DNA from: an uncultured virus (IMG/VR IMGVR_UViG_3300010429_001166)
Taxonomy: Duplodnaviria > Heunggongvirae > Uroviricota > Caudoviricetes
Strand: one strand, 5' to 3'
Length of the DNA stretch: 64,000 bases
Virus record (IMG/VR): IMGVR_UViG_3300010429_001166
Shown: in pieces, positions 56,515-64,000 of the stretch
How positions within the stretch are numbered: the first letter of the stretch is position 1
Layout of the letters: each line of letters begins with the position of its first letter
The notes under the pieces: model-generated
What the model saw: the letters and a program-made list of their open reading frames with translations, nothing else
What the model was told of the DNA's origin: nothing
Database searches by the model: none
Position numbers and translations under genes: made by a program

Positions 56515-59344
56515 TCCAGTTCTCCTCGGGTATCTCGATTGCTACACAACGGACACGCGGGCTCGCAGACTTGGTATTGGCGAACATGCTCTTGCGTACA
56601 TCCGTATGCACCGTGTACAACTGTCCAATCTCTTTCAAAAACGCGGTGGAGTTAAATGTCATCTCGTAGCAGTGGTGATTAAGAACTGCCCGTTCGATGT
56701 ACAGCGTGACCACACCGGGTTTGAAATCGTGTTCAACACGCCCCCGCACCTTCGCGCGGGTCTGCGTCTCTTCGGTGATTTCCTGCAGACCCATCTGTGC
56801 AATTACCTTGTCGCTCTTCTTACGTAGCACCAGCAGGTTCGGGTGATACTCACGCACAAACGCGTTGAGGATGTCGGTGGCCGTGCGGGTGTTCGTGCCC
56901 GCCGCCGAGCGCATCTTCTTGATCAGTTCTTCCGCAAAGTTCGTGATGCCCTGCACCGGCATCTTGATGATGTTGGCGTACTGCGGGGACACCAGCAGCG
57001 CCGCAGCCACTATCGCGGTGGCTCCCGCCATCCAGTAACGCTCCGTACCCGACGCGTTGAACCGCTGCTGCAGTTCCGTACCCACCTGTGACACGACACT
57101 GCGTACCGTCTCTTTGTTATCGCAAACCCATCTGATAAATTGGTAGCCTGCGTAGCCGTAGTTGTGCTGCAGCGTTCCAACCAACAACTCTTCATCCCTC
57201 GTCAGACCCAACGCATCATGCATTTCGATTTCAAGGATTCGGTGGATTTCTCCCTCGGTGGTCGTATTCGAAGCCGTGAGCCCGTCGATGATCGACGTGT
57301 TGCTGGAAAGAAGAGCAAGCAATTTCCACTGCGTGGTGTTGCGCCGCTCGCGGATAGTCGAGCCGTCGATCCGCTCCTTTCCCTTCCCCTGCGTAACCGC
57401 AAGTAAGAACTCCTTCGCCCAGCCCACCGCCCCTTCAGTGGTGCTGCGTGTCTTCGTCGTCACTTCATCAATGGGTACGACAAGGCTGTTCTGCAGTCCC
57501 ATGCGGTGAATCGTCGCCAGCACGCTGGACTGAATGGACACGAAGCTGCGCAACGGATGTCCGAACACGCTGGCAGCAAGCATCAGGCTGACAGTCTTGC
57601 CAGTGCCGCTGGTATGCGACTGCACGTGTACCGCCACGCCGTTGTGCCCGGTGAACTCCATGAGGGGTGATGCGAACCCGGTCAGCATGCTGAACAGGAT
57701 GTCGTACTTGCGCTTCGCCACAAAGAGGTTGACCACGTTGCGCCACGCGTCCAGCGTGCCCGCAGGCGTCGTGTTGGCATTCAGGTTGATCAGTTCCGGG
57801 GACATGGGCACCACGCGCACGTCGCCCTTCGTGATCTGCTTGTTGTTCAGGACGAACGAGCCGTCGAATTGCCAGCCGAATGAGTCAGGCATGTTGCGTT
57901 CTACGTTGGTGTGCAGCATGTCGCCCGCACTGGCGCGGATGAACCCGTAGAAGCGCGCATCCTGACCGGTGGCAGCGACGACGTTGTGCTGCGCTAAAAA
58001 CTTCAGTGTCTCTTCCTTGCTGACCAGCGACTTGGTTGGCATCACCACGTCGAGCATTCCGCCCGGACGCTGCGCCACGATGTGCACGCCGCCATCCTGC
58101 CCACTGCGCAGTGTGTCGGTCACGAACACGTCGTAGGGAACGACGCACTTCTCCTGCACCACTTCGCCGTCTTCGTCGTCGCTGACCTTCTCGGAGAAGA
58201 ACACACCGCCCTTCTTGCCGAACTTGAAGCCCCATGGGGGCGACGGACGGGTGTACTCGATCTGCTCGTGCTGCTCCACGATGAAGGTTTTCGGTTCCGC
58301 AGGCGCGGCGTCGATGCGTCGGTCCAGCATCAACGGGTTGGTGATCTTGCCCCAATGCTTGCAACCAGTGCACACCCCGGGCTGTATCCCGTTGAACTTG
58401 TCGCAACCGTACGGCCCCTTGATCGCGGCCAGCTTCTCCTGCATGCGTGTTGGAGAGTAGGGGTGCAGCGCGCTCAGTGCGTTCGCTGCCTTGTCGGCGT
58501 CGGTGCAGCACTTGGTGATCGACAGCAGCCCACGCCACAGTGGCTCCATGCCGTCATCGGCAGCATTGTTGATGTAGTAGGCAAGCTGCTCGCAGCCCTC
58601 ACCCTTCAACGTGCGGTCGAGGATGGCCTTGAACCGGACGGTGCTGTTCTCCAGCAGCTTGACGCCAACCGCATCGGGCGACGCTTTCAGCCGTGCGCCG
58701 GGGATAAGAGTGGTGGTTACGTCATGATTGCCGTTGATGTGTGCGCCCGTGAGCTTCACGAACGTGCTGAACGGGTTCTGTTCCGGCTCCCCTACAAGAC
58801 GTACTTCCACCAACTTCGGGTGTGTAGGGTCTTTCCAGTTGTGCGTGCCCGGGATGCGCAGAATGCGCGCCGCGTCGCCGGTTACTCCAGCGTCAATGAC
58901 AAAGGAGTGTTTTGCACATAGGGCTTTGAATCGATCTGCAACGGTGCGCCATTCGTGGATAGCAACATCACCATCGAAGGCCCAATATACGTGCAGCCCA
59001 TTACCCGATGAGACGATATGAGGGGTTGGAAGCGACGTTGCTTCAACAAACGTACTGAGTGCTTGGGCGGCATCTTTTTTACTCGCGTACTGCGTGGTTT
59101 TGCAATCAAGGTCGAGAAACAGGCTGCGTTGGTACAGTGCGTTGTCCGCAGTACGCGAACCCTCGTCGTTGAACGATGCGGTGGCAAAGTACGCGTTGAT
59201 CTTGCGCTCATCGAGCGCGACCGCTTCGCGTACTAGCTCATCGATGTCATCGAAGAAGTGCTGCTGTACTCTCTTGCCGATGCCGACAAGGCAGTACCGT
59301 CCCGTCGAAGGCAATACGACACGCAGGAAGTCGCTGGGCGACAT
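56492..59344 (-). CDS. Primase-helicase (AEP-like N-terminus plus DUF927-like/P-loop domain)
   Basis: FLDLD, SGNGLHVYW, RILRIPGT-N-K primase motifs; C-x8-C-x2-C cluster; FGW; SGTGKT Walker A, IDE Walker B. Confidence 0.9.
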   Translation of the reverse strand: MSPSDFLRVVLPSTGRYCLVGIGKRVQQHFFDDIDELVREAVALDERKINAYFATASFNDEGSRTADNALYQRSLFLDLDCKTTQYASKKDAAQALSTFVEATSLPTPHIVSSGNGLHVYWAFDGDVAIHEWRTVADRFKALCAKHSFVIDAGVTGDAARILRIPGTHNWKDPTHPKLVEVRLVGEPEQNPFSTFVKLTGAHINGNHDVTTTLIPGARLKASPDAVGVKLLENSTVRFKAILDRTLKGEGCEQLAYYINNAADDGMEPLWRGLLSITKCCTDADKAANALSALHPYSPTRMQEKLAAIKGPYGCDKFNGIQPGVCTGCKHWGKITNPLMLDRRIDAAPAEPKTFIVEQHEQIEYTRPSPPWGFKFGKKGGVFFSEKVSDDEDGEVVQEKCVVPYDVFVTDTLRSGQDGGVHIVAQRPGGMLDVVMPTKSLVSKEETLKFLAQHNVVAATGQDARFYGFIRASAGDMLHTNVERNMPDSFGWQFDGSFVLNNKQITKGDVRVVPMSPELINLNANTTPAGTLDAWRNVVNLFVAKRKYDILFSMLTGFASPLMEFTGHNGVAVHVQSHTSGTGKTVSLMLAASVFGHPLRSFVSIQSSVLATIHRMGLQNSLVVPIDEVTTKTRSTTEGAVGWAKEFLLAVTQGKGKERIDGSTIRERRNTTQWKLLALLSSNTSIIDGLTASNTTTEGEIHRILEIEMHDALGLTRDEELLVGTLQHNYGYAGYQFIRWVCDNKETVRSVVSQVGTELQQRFNASGTERYWMAGATAIVAAALLVSPQYANIIKMPVQGITNFAEELIKKMRSAAGTNTRTATDILNAFVREYHPNLLVLRKKSDKVIAQMGLQEITEETQTRAKVRGRVEHDFKPGVVTLYIERAVLNHHCYEMTFNSTAFLKEIGQLYTVHTDVRKSMFANTKSASPRVRCVAIEIPEENWNAGESDA

Positions 59345-59371
59345 TCCGACTCCTTGCTAGGTTGCGTGTTG

Positions 59372-59518
59372 TCAGGCGTGTTCGCGGGGGCTGTAGTCGT
59401 TCGGGTCGCGGCGGTTGTCCGCCGCAAACGCCAGTCGTTTGAACAGTTCCTCGTGCAGTGTGCGGCGGTCTTCGTCGCTGGCCAGTTGGTATGCAGACAG
59501 CAACTCGTTGGTGGTCAT
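59372..59518 (-). CDS. Small hypothetical protein
   Basis: MTTNELL; start overlaps the upstream stop. Confidence 0.5.
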   Translation of the reverse strand: MTTNELLSAYQLASDEDRRTLHEELFKRLAFAADNRRDPNDYSPREHA

Positions 59519-59793
59519 TGATCTTGCGAAGGCAGAAATCGACACGCTTTTCTCCACGCGGCGTCAGCCGTGCTGGCCGCTTTTAGTATGGTCAGAAGCC
59601 CACTCACCCGGGCTCTGTATGCAGGAGTGACGCTGCCACCTTTGAACCATGCGTAGACCGTGGGGCGGGTGGCTCCGGTGTACTTCGCCACGCGGATAAT
59701 CGAGAAGTCTAGCCGCACCGCCTCACGCCCAAGCTGATTTCCGAGCGTCAGCGGTGCTTTCAGCACGGCTCGTTTCAGTTGTGCGGATATCAT
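59515..59793 (-). CDS. Cro/XRE-like HTH DNA-binding protein
   Basis: SIIRVAKYTGATRPTVYAWFKG helix-turn-helix. Confidence 0.8.
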   Translation of the reverse strand: MISAQLKRAVLKAPLTLGNQLGREAVRLDFSIIRVAKYTGATRPTVYAWFKGGSVTPAYRARVSGLLTILKAASTADAAWRKACRFLPSQDQ

Positions 59794-59796
59794 GTC

Positions 59797-59822
59797 AAAA
59801 AGGGCCACGTTGCCGTGGCCCT
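59797..59822 (-). terminator. Rho-independent terminator
   Basis: AGGGCCACG-GCAA-CGTGGCCCT followed by TTTT on the minus strand. Confidence 0.8.
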
Positions 59823-59843
59823 CTCCGGTTCGGTGGGCGTGGT

Positions 59844-60860
59844 CTAGTCGTCGTCACCCCATTGGCTGACCAGACTGGCGAGCGCAGGGCTCGCGGACAC
59901 CGCCTCGGCGGCGGGCTTTGCCTTCCCGGCGCGCTTCGTGGGTTCGGTGGCGGGTTCCTCTTCCTCGTCGTCCGCTGCAGGCTTGGCGGGCTTGGCAGCC
60001 GCCTTGGCGCTCTTGGGCGGGGTCACGGGCGGCTCGTCATCCTCATCGTCGGCTGCAGGCTTCGCCGCCTTGGCGGGCTTGCCAACCACCTTGGTGGGCG
60101 CTTCCGCCTCGTCGTCATCCTTCTCCCCAGCCGGTTGCACCTTGTCGGTCTGGGTGACGGTCAGCGTGATGGCGCTGATGGCGTCGGGGGTCTGCCCCTG
60201 CGTGCGGACGATGCCGTACTCCTCCTCGTCCAGCCAGCGCATCGGCTTGAAGTACAGCTTGGGCGACTCCGCCTTGGTATCGAACTTCATCCGGGTGACA
60301 ACCATCTCCGGGCTGATGTGCTGTGTCGCAAGGAACTTGGCATACGCCTGAAGTGGGCGGTTACTCCCTTCCTCCTTGCCGAACAGCGATTTGGCGGGCA
60401 CCGAAAGCTGCATGACGTTGCCACCGATATCGTTGGCCAGCACTACCGCAAGCCGTTGGGAAAAACGGCAGGCACGGGTGTCGTTGTCACCGGAGCCCTT
60501 GATGTTCTGTGGACAGGTGGCGCACGTCTTGGCCTGCTTCTCCGGACAGGTGGGATCGGGCACGTCGCCGTTGGCCGACCAGCAGACCGGCGCGGTCGCG
60601 GTGTCATCCTTGTACTTGCCCTCGTAGTACATGCGCCCAACCTTCGGCGCGGCGTTGACCACCACCACATCCAGATAGCGCTCATCGATCTGCGCAATCT
60701 CTTCGCCGTCCACCAGCAGGCGGAACACACCGCCCTTGATGCTGATGCGCTTGCCACCACTGCCGCCACCGGCCAGCGACTTCGCCAGCGTGGACAGTTC
60801 ACCCTTCTTCGCAAACGCGGGCAGGTTGCTCGCGTTGAATGCAACAACTTCGTTTGCCAT
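59844..60860 (-). CDS. Single-stranded DNA-binding protein (putative)
   Basis: RISIKGG-F, C-S--G--P, CATCPQN--GS, flexible acidic tail ending WGDDD. Confidence 0.75.
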   Translation of the reverse strand: MANEVVAFNASNLPAFAKKGELSTLAKSLAGGGSGGKRISIKGGVFRLLVDGEEIAQIDERYLDVVVVNAAPKVGRMYYEGKYKDDTATAPVCWSANGDVPDPTCPEKQAKTCATCPQNIKGSGDNDTRACRFSQRLAVVLANDIGGNVMQLSVPAKSLFGKEEGSNRPLQAYAKFLATQHISPEMVVTRMKFDTKAESPKLYFKPMRWLDEEEYGIVRTQGQTPDAISAITLTVTQTDKVQPAGEKDDDEAEAPTKVVGKPAKAAKPAADDEDDEPPVTPPKSAKAAAKPAKPAADDEEEEPATEPTKRAGKAKPAAEAVSASPALASLVSQWGDDD

Positions 60861-60874
60861 GATCGATCCCACCC

Positions 60875-61270
60875 CTATTTGTTCTTCCTGACGGAGATTT
60901 CGTACTCAGTGTCTGCGTTCATACCGGGCGGCAACTTGCCCGGGTTATCTTCGATGTACTTCTTCATGTTACCTTGCGCAACGCGTCGCTCCAGCAGTTG
61001 CGGCACGTCGTTGGTCTTGATGAACGTGTAGAAGCTGTCCCAATCGCTTGTCCAGTAACGCGTCTTCGTGGACAGCACGACAAGCCCTGCTTCGGTCTTG
61101 ATGCTGGTGGCCTTCTCAGCCAGCAGTTTGGCGCGCATCGCGCCTTGCACGATCTTCTTCTGCTCTTCCAGCGCCTCCATCTTGTCATCGTAATCGGCGC
61201 GGAGCGTTTGCTCCGCAGCCCTGATTTTCAAATACACCTGCGCCAGCTTGTTCAGCGGAAATTCATCCAT
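60875..61270 (-). CDS. Conserved replication-region protein
   Basis: Coiled coil plus SIKT--G, DWDSFY-FI, LLERR, PPG motifs. Confidence 0.75.
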   Translation of the reverse strand: MDEFPLNKLAQVYLKIRAAEQTLRADYDDKMEALEEQKKIVQGAMRAKLLAEKATSIKTEAGLVVLSTKTRYWTSDWDSFYTFIKTNDVPQLLERRVAQGNMKKYIEDNPGKLPPGMNADTEYEISVRKNK

Positions 61271-61300
61271 GAAAGGCTCCTCTTTCTTGTAGTGGAAGGT

Positions 61301-61330
61301 GCGCCCCCGTGCGTGCCTGCCGTGGGGCGC
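61301..61330 (-). other. GC-rich hairpin 3' of the tRNA-like RNA
   Basis: GCGCCCC...GGGGCGC; no U-tract. Confidence 0.5.
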
Positions 61331-61345
61331 TCTCCTTGGTTTCCC

Positions 61346-61496
61346 TACCTGCTCAGTGCTGTGACGATAATGACTAACAATGCCGGTGTCTTAGCCACCT
61401 ATACGACCGATCCTTGAAGCAGGCAGAAGTGCTTGGGGGATCGGGTTGGATTTGAACCAACGTTTCCGGCAAATAGGTTGATGTACTGAGCAAGTA
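61346..61496 (-). ncRNA. Circularly permuted tRNA-like RNA (YrlA/Y-RNA-like topology)
   Basis: T-arm GTTGG-TTCAAAT-CCAAC, CCGATCC-C-CCA, 20-nt linker, GGATCGG, D-arm with GG, TGCCGG/CCGGCA stem, outer 12-14 bp helix. Confidence 0.8.
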
Positions 61497-61566
61497 CCTT
61501 GCGCTAACGGTGTCTAGGCGAAACGCAAACGAGATTGCGTGACACTGACGACAACGCTAACACTGC

Positions 61567-62337
61567 CTAGCCCTTCAACGGCTCCAGAATCAAGCCGGTA
61601 ATCTTGTCTGCAATCGAGCCCTGCACAACCGTCGTCTCGTTCGCGCGCATGCGCGCCTGCTTCACTTCAACCAGCAGTTCATCGAGACGCTTGATCGCGT
61701 CGGACTTCTGAATTGCCGTCGCTGCACCCGTGCGCCGCACCGTGGTGAACTTGCCCACCACAATGTCTTTGCCAATGGCCTGCACCTGCGCGGGGTGCTC
61801 CCTCGTCGCTTCCTTCAACGTCACCGGGACGATCTGCTTCTCGGTCTTCGTGGTTTCTTCCGGATGCACTGCCACCATCACGTTCTTGCCTTCGTCGGCG
61901 GCGGGCTTCCATTCCTTCGTTGCATCGACGGTCGGGATCGCAACGAACAGTTCGCGGATGCGCGTCAGCCGTGCCTCAAGGCCGAGCAACTGATCCACCG
62001 GCAGATCGATGAGCAGTGGCTGGCCTTGCCAGTTCACGGTGCCCACTGCACCCTGATTCGTCTTGTTCTTCTGGAACTGCAGGTCTTCCGCAGTCTTGAA
62101 GATGCCCAGCGCGTAATCGAGTGTGTCGAACACCGTGGTCGGCAGCGCCTTTTCTTCGCGCGCCGCCGCTTCGATTGCCTTGTTCTCCGCCGTATCTTCG
62201 ATCATGGCCAGCGACTTCGTGTGGCCTTCGAAGAAGTGCGACGGCGACTTGAACTTCTTCAGCGTGTCTTCGTACAACTGGTTCCATGCTGAAACGGTCG
62301 TCTTCTCCGCCGCCAGCACTTCGTGGAGCTTTGCCAT
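61567..62337 (-). CDS. Conserved protein of unknown function (256 aa), upstream partner of the tRNA-like RNA
   Basis: AGAGGA RBS; MAKLHEVLAAEK, K--TN--A, P---LL-LE--L, EATREHPAQV, VK-AR-RAN motifs. Confidence 0.85.
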   Translation of the reverse strand: MAKLHEVLAAEKTTVSAWNQLYEDTLKKFKSPSHFFEGHTKSLAMIEDTAENKAIEAAAREEKALPTTVFDTLDYALGIFKTAEDLQFQKNKTNQGAVGTVNWQGQPLLIDLPVDQLLGLEARLTRIRELFVAIPTVDATKEWKPAADEGKNVMVAVHPEETTKTEKQIVPVTLKEATREHPAQVQAIGKDIVVGKFTTVRRTGAATAIQKSDAIKRLDELLVEVKQARMRANETTVVQGSIADKITGLILEPLKG

Positions 62338-62369
62338 TTTCAATCCTCTGTTGTTGTAGTGTGAAGCGA

Positions 62370-62398
62370 ACAGTACCGGAGCATTTTCCGGGTGTCAA
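62370..62398 (-). promoter_or_regulatory. Sigma70-like promoter
   Basis: Minus strand TTGACA-17 nt-TACTGT. Confidence 0.7.
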
Positions 62399-62403
62399 GA
62401 ACT

Positions 62404-63963
62404 TTACGCAGCCATTTCTTCCTGATACAAGTCAACCAGCGCGTTGTGCGTTTCGATGCGCTTCTCCAGCATGCGGTACATGCGCCGCTCCAGATCGGAG
62501 CCTTGCAGGTGTATCACCGTGACGTGGGTGCTGTCTTGTCCGATGCGGTCGGCTCGGGCGATGCACTGCAGGTACGTTTCCGTACTCATCACCGGCCCCC
62601 AGAACACTACCGTATCCGCCGCCGTCAGCGTAACTCCGTGTGCTGCCGCTTGCGGCTGGATCAACAGGATGCGGGTGTGCTTCTCTTTCTGGAAGACGTT
62701 GAAGATCGCCGTGCGCTTCCCGGGCGACACGTCGCCATGGATGCGCTCCACACCGTAGCCCCACGACACCAGCTTGTCGTACAGCACGTCCATGCTGTGC
62801 CGGTAGGGAACGAACACCAGCACCTTGCGGTCGGTATCCTCGATCACTTCCTGCAGCACGTTGAGGCGGGGGGCGCAGTCGAACTCCACCACCTCCCGGT
62901 TGTCGGTGTAGGCTGCGCCAGCCGATATCTGGAGCAACTTATTTACCCCGGCTGCTGCATTGACCGCCGTGATGCGCTCGCCAGCGGCCTTCGCCACCAT
63001 CTGCTCCTTGATCTGCTTGTAATACTTGCTCTGCTGCGGAGTCAGCGCCACATCGCGTGCAGTCGTCAGCACGGGCGGCAAGTCGGTGCACTGTTCCTTG
63101 GTGAAACGTATTGCAGGCTGCAGGGCAGCGAACACTGTCTCCGTGGCATCTTTCTTCGGCACCCACTTGAATGTCGAGATGCGGTTCATCACCTTGTCGC
63201 GCCACGACGAGAAGAAGCGCGGCACACCGTTCGGGTTGACCAGCTTTGCCAGTCCGTATGCATCCTCCGGCGACTGCGCAGCCGGTGTACCAGTCATCAT
63301 CCACAGCATCGTGGTCGAGTCTAGAATCTTGTTCACCGCCTTCCAGCGCTCCGTGCGGTCGTTTTTTAGGTGGGTGGACTCGTCCGCGATGATCAGATCG
63401 AAGCGTCCATCCTCCTTCACTGCGTCGCCTACCAGCTTCAAACCGTCGTAATTGATGATGACGATTTCGTAGTCGCCGTTGATCAACTCTCTGCGTCTTG
63501 CAGCCTGCGCGTGATGCGCAATGCACGCTGACCGATGAATGATGCTGCGGTTGATTTCCGACAGCCATACGCTGTCCATGATCGACAGCGGGCACAGGAT
63601 CAGAACCCTGCGAACTTGACCGACGCGCATCAGGTAGTCAGCAGCCCACAGTGCGCTTAATGATTTGCCTGTACCCGGGTCATTGAACACGAACGCACGC
63701 CGATTCAGCGTGAGGAACGCAGCCGTCGTCTTCTGATGTTCGAACGGCTTGAAGCGTGCGGGCCACGTGTACTTCTTCAGGATCGGACTGGGCGCGTCTT
63801 CGACGCCCAGATTGCGCAGGACGCGTACCTCGTCCAGCCCCCATGACACCAACACCTCGTGCATGCCATTGCTGGAGCGCACGATGTGGCTGCGAGGGAT
63901 GACCTTGAACTTATCCGGATTGCGCGTGCGTAGCAGCAGCGCTTTGTTGTCTACGATTTGCAT
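62404..63963 (-). CDS. SNF2-family (SF2) helicase
   Basis: DPGTGKS, IIADEST, MTGTP, HGVTLTAA, Q--ARADRIGQ. Confidence 0.92.
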   Translation of the reverse strand: MQIVDNKALLLRTRNPDKFKVIPRSHIVRSSNGMHEVLVSWGLDEVRVLRNLGVEDAPSPILKKYTWPARFKPFEHQKTTAAFLTLNRRAFVFNDPGTGKSLSALWAADYLMRVGQVRRVLILCPLSIMDSVWLSEINRSIIHRSACIAHHAQAARRRELINGDYEIVIINYDGLKLVGDAVKEDGRFDLIIADESTHLKNDRTERWKAVNKILDSTTMLWMMTGTPAAQSPEDAYGLAKLVNPNGVPRFFSSWRDKVMNRISTFKWVPKKDATETVFAALQPAIRFTKEQCTDLPPVLTTARDVALTPQQSKYYKQIKEQMVAKAAGERITAVNAAAGVNKLLQISAGAAYTDNREVVEFDCAPRLNVLQEVIEDTDRKVLVFVPYRHSMDVLYDKLVSWGYGVERIHGDVSPGKRTAIFNVFQKEKHTRILLIQPQAAAHGVTLTAADTVVFWGPVMSTETYLQCIARADRIGQDSTHVTVIHLQGSDLERRMYRMLEKRIETHNALVDLYQEEMAA

Positions 63964-64000
63964 ATCAAGTGGTTTCCGACAATCTGCGCGGACTTCGCAC

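Larger units (their letters stand above)
1..64000. mobile_element. Tailed bacteriophage genome segment (Caudoviricetes, podovirus-like gene set)
   Basis: Terminase, portal, capsid, lysis, ejection and replication genes in phage synteny; no host housekeeping genes; dense overlapping small ORFs. Confidence 0.97.

Noticed and set aside
59900..60130. Repeated KPAADD(E) sequence in the SSB-like gene
   Set aside because: Low-complexity linker duplication typical of SSB tails.
59754..61031. Long antisense ORFs (also 6651-7796, 21598-22845, 46333-47817, 53916-54881)
   Set aside because: Shadow ORFs opposite well-supported genes, expected with high-GC codon bias.
61381..61471. Canonical tRNA gene or tRNA-derived attP
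   Set aside because: The halves are in swapped order with no anticodon loop; both halves are mutually complementary; no integrase in the window.
61346..61496. Two-piece tmRNA
   Set aside because: The acceptor lacks G3:U70 and the A discriminator, a D-stem is present, and no tag reading frame or pseudoknots are evident.

Overview
The window is most of the genome of a high-GC tailed dsDNA phage (Caudoviricetes, probably short-tailed). Its embedded Rz/Rz1 spanins point to a Gram-negative host. There are three blocks. (1) 1-14.3 kb, minus strand: many small early or accessory genes plus a MoxR-like AAA ATPase / HExxH-VWA / DUF3150-like cassette. (2) 14.6-56.1 kb, plus strand: morphogenesis genes, including terminase subunits, portal, GroES-like co-chaperonin, scaffold, Mu gpT-like major capsid, a long mosaic fibre/decoration block, adaptors, lysis cassette, tail fibre, nozzle, ejection proteins and a 2747-aa large polyvalent protein. 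(3) 56.0-64 kb, minus strand: replication genes (primase-helicase, SSB-like protein, SNF2 helicase). No integrase, CRISPR array, rRNA or canonical tRNA was seen. The strongest candidate for an undescribed system is a promoter-bearing 256-aa protein of unknown function (61567-62337) followed directly by a structured RNA. That RNA contains a circularly permuted tRNA fold with no anticodon loop, closed by a long outer helix (YrlA/Y-RNA-like topology, but no Ro60 gene in the window). Other notable signals are six copies of a palindromic TT(C/G)GTTAC-N5-GTAACGAA site confined to the early region, a nested inverted-repeat origin-like element, a promoter-sRNA-terminator unit before terS, and a pseudoknotted RNA element after the capsid gene. 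All functional calls come from reading motifs and synteny by eye; no database searches were run.
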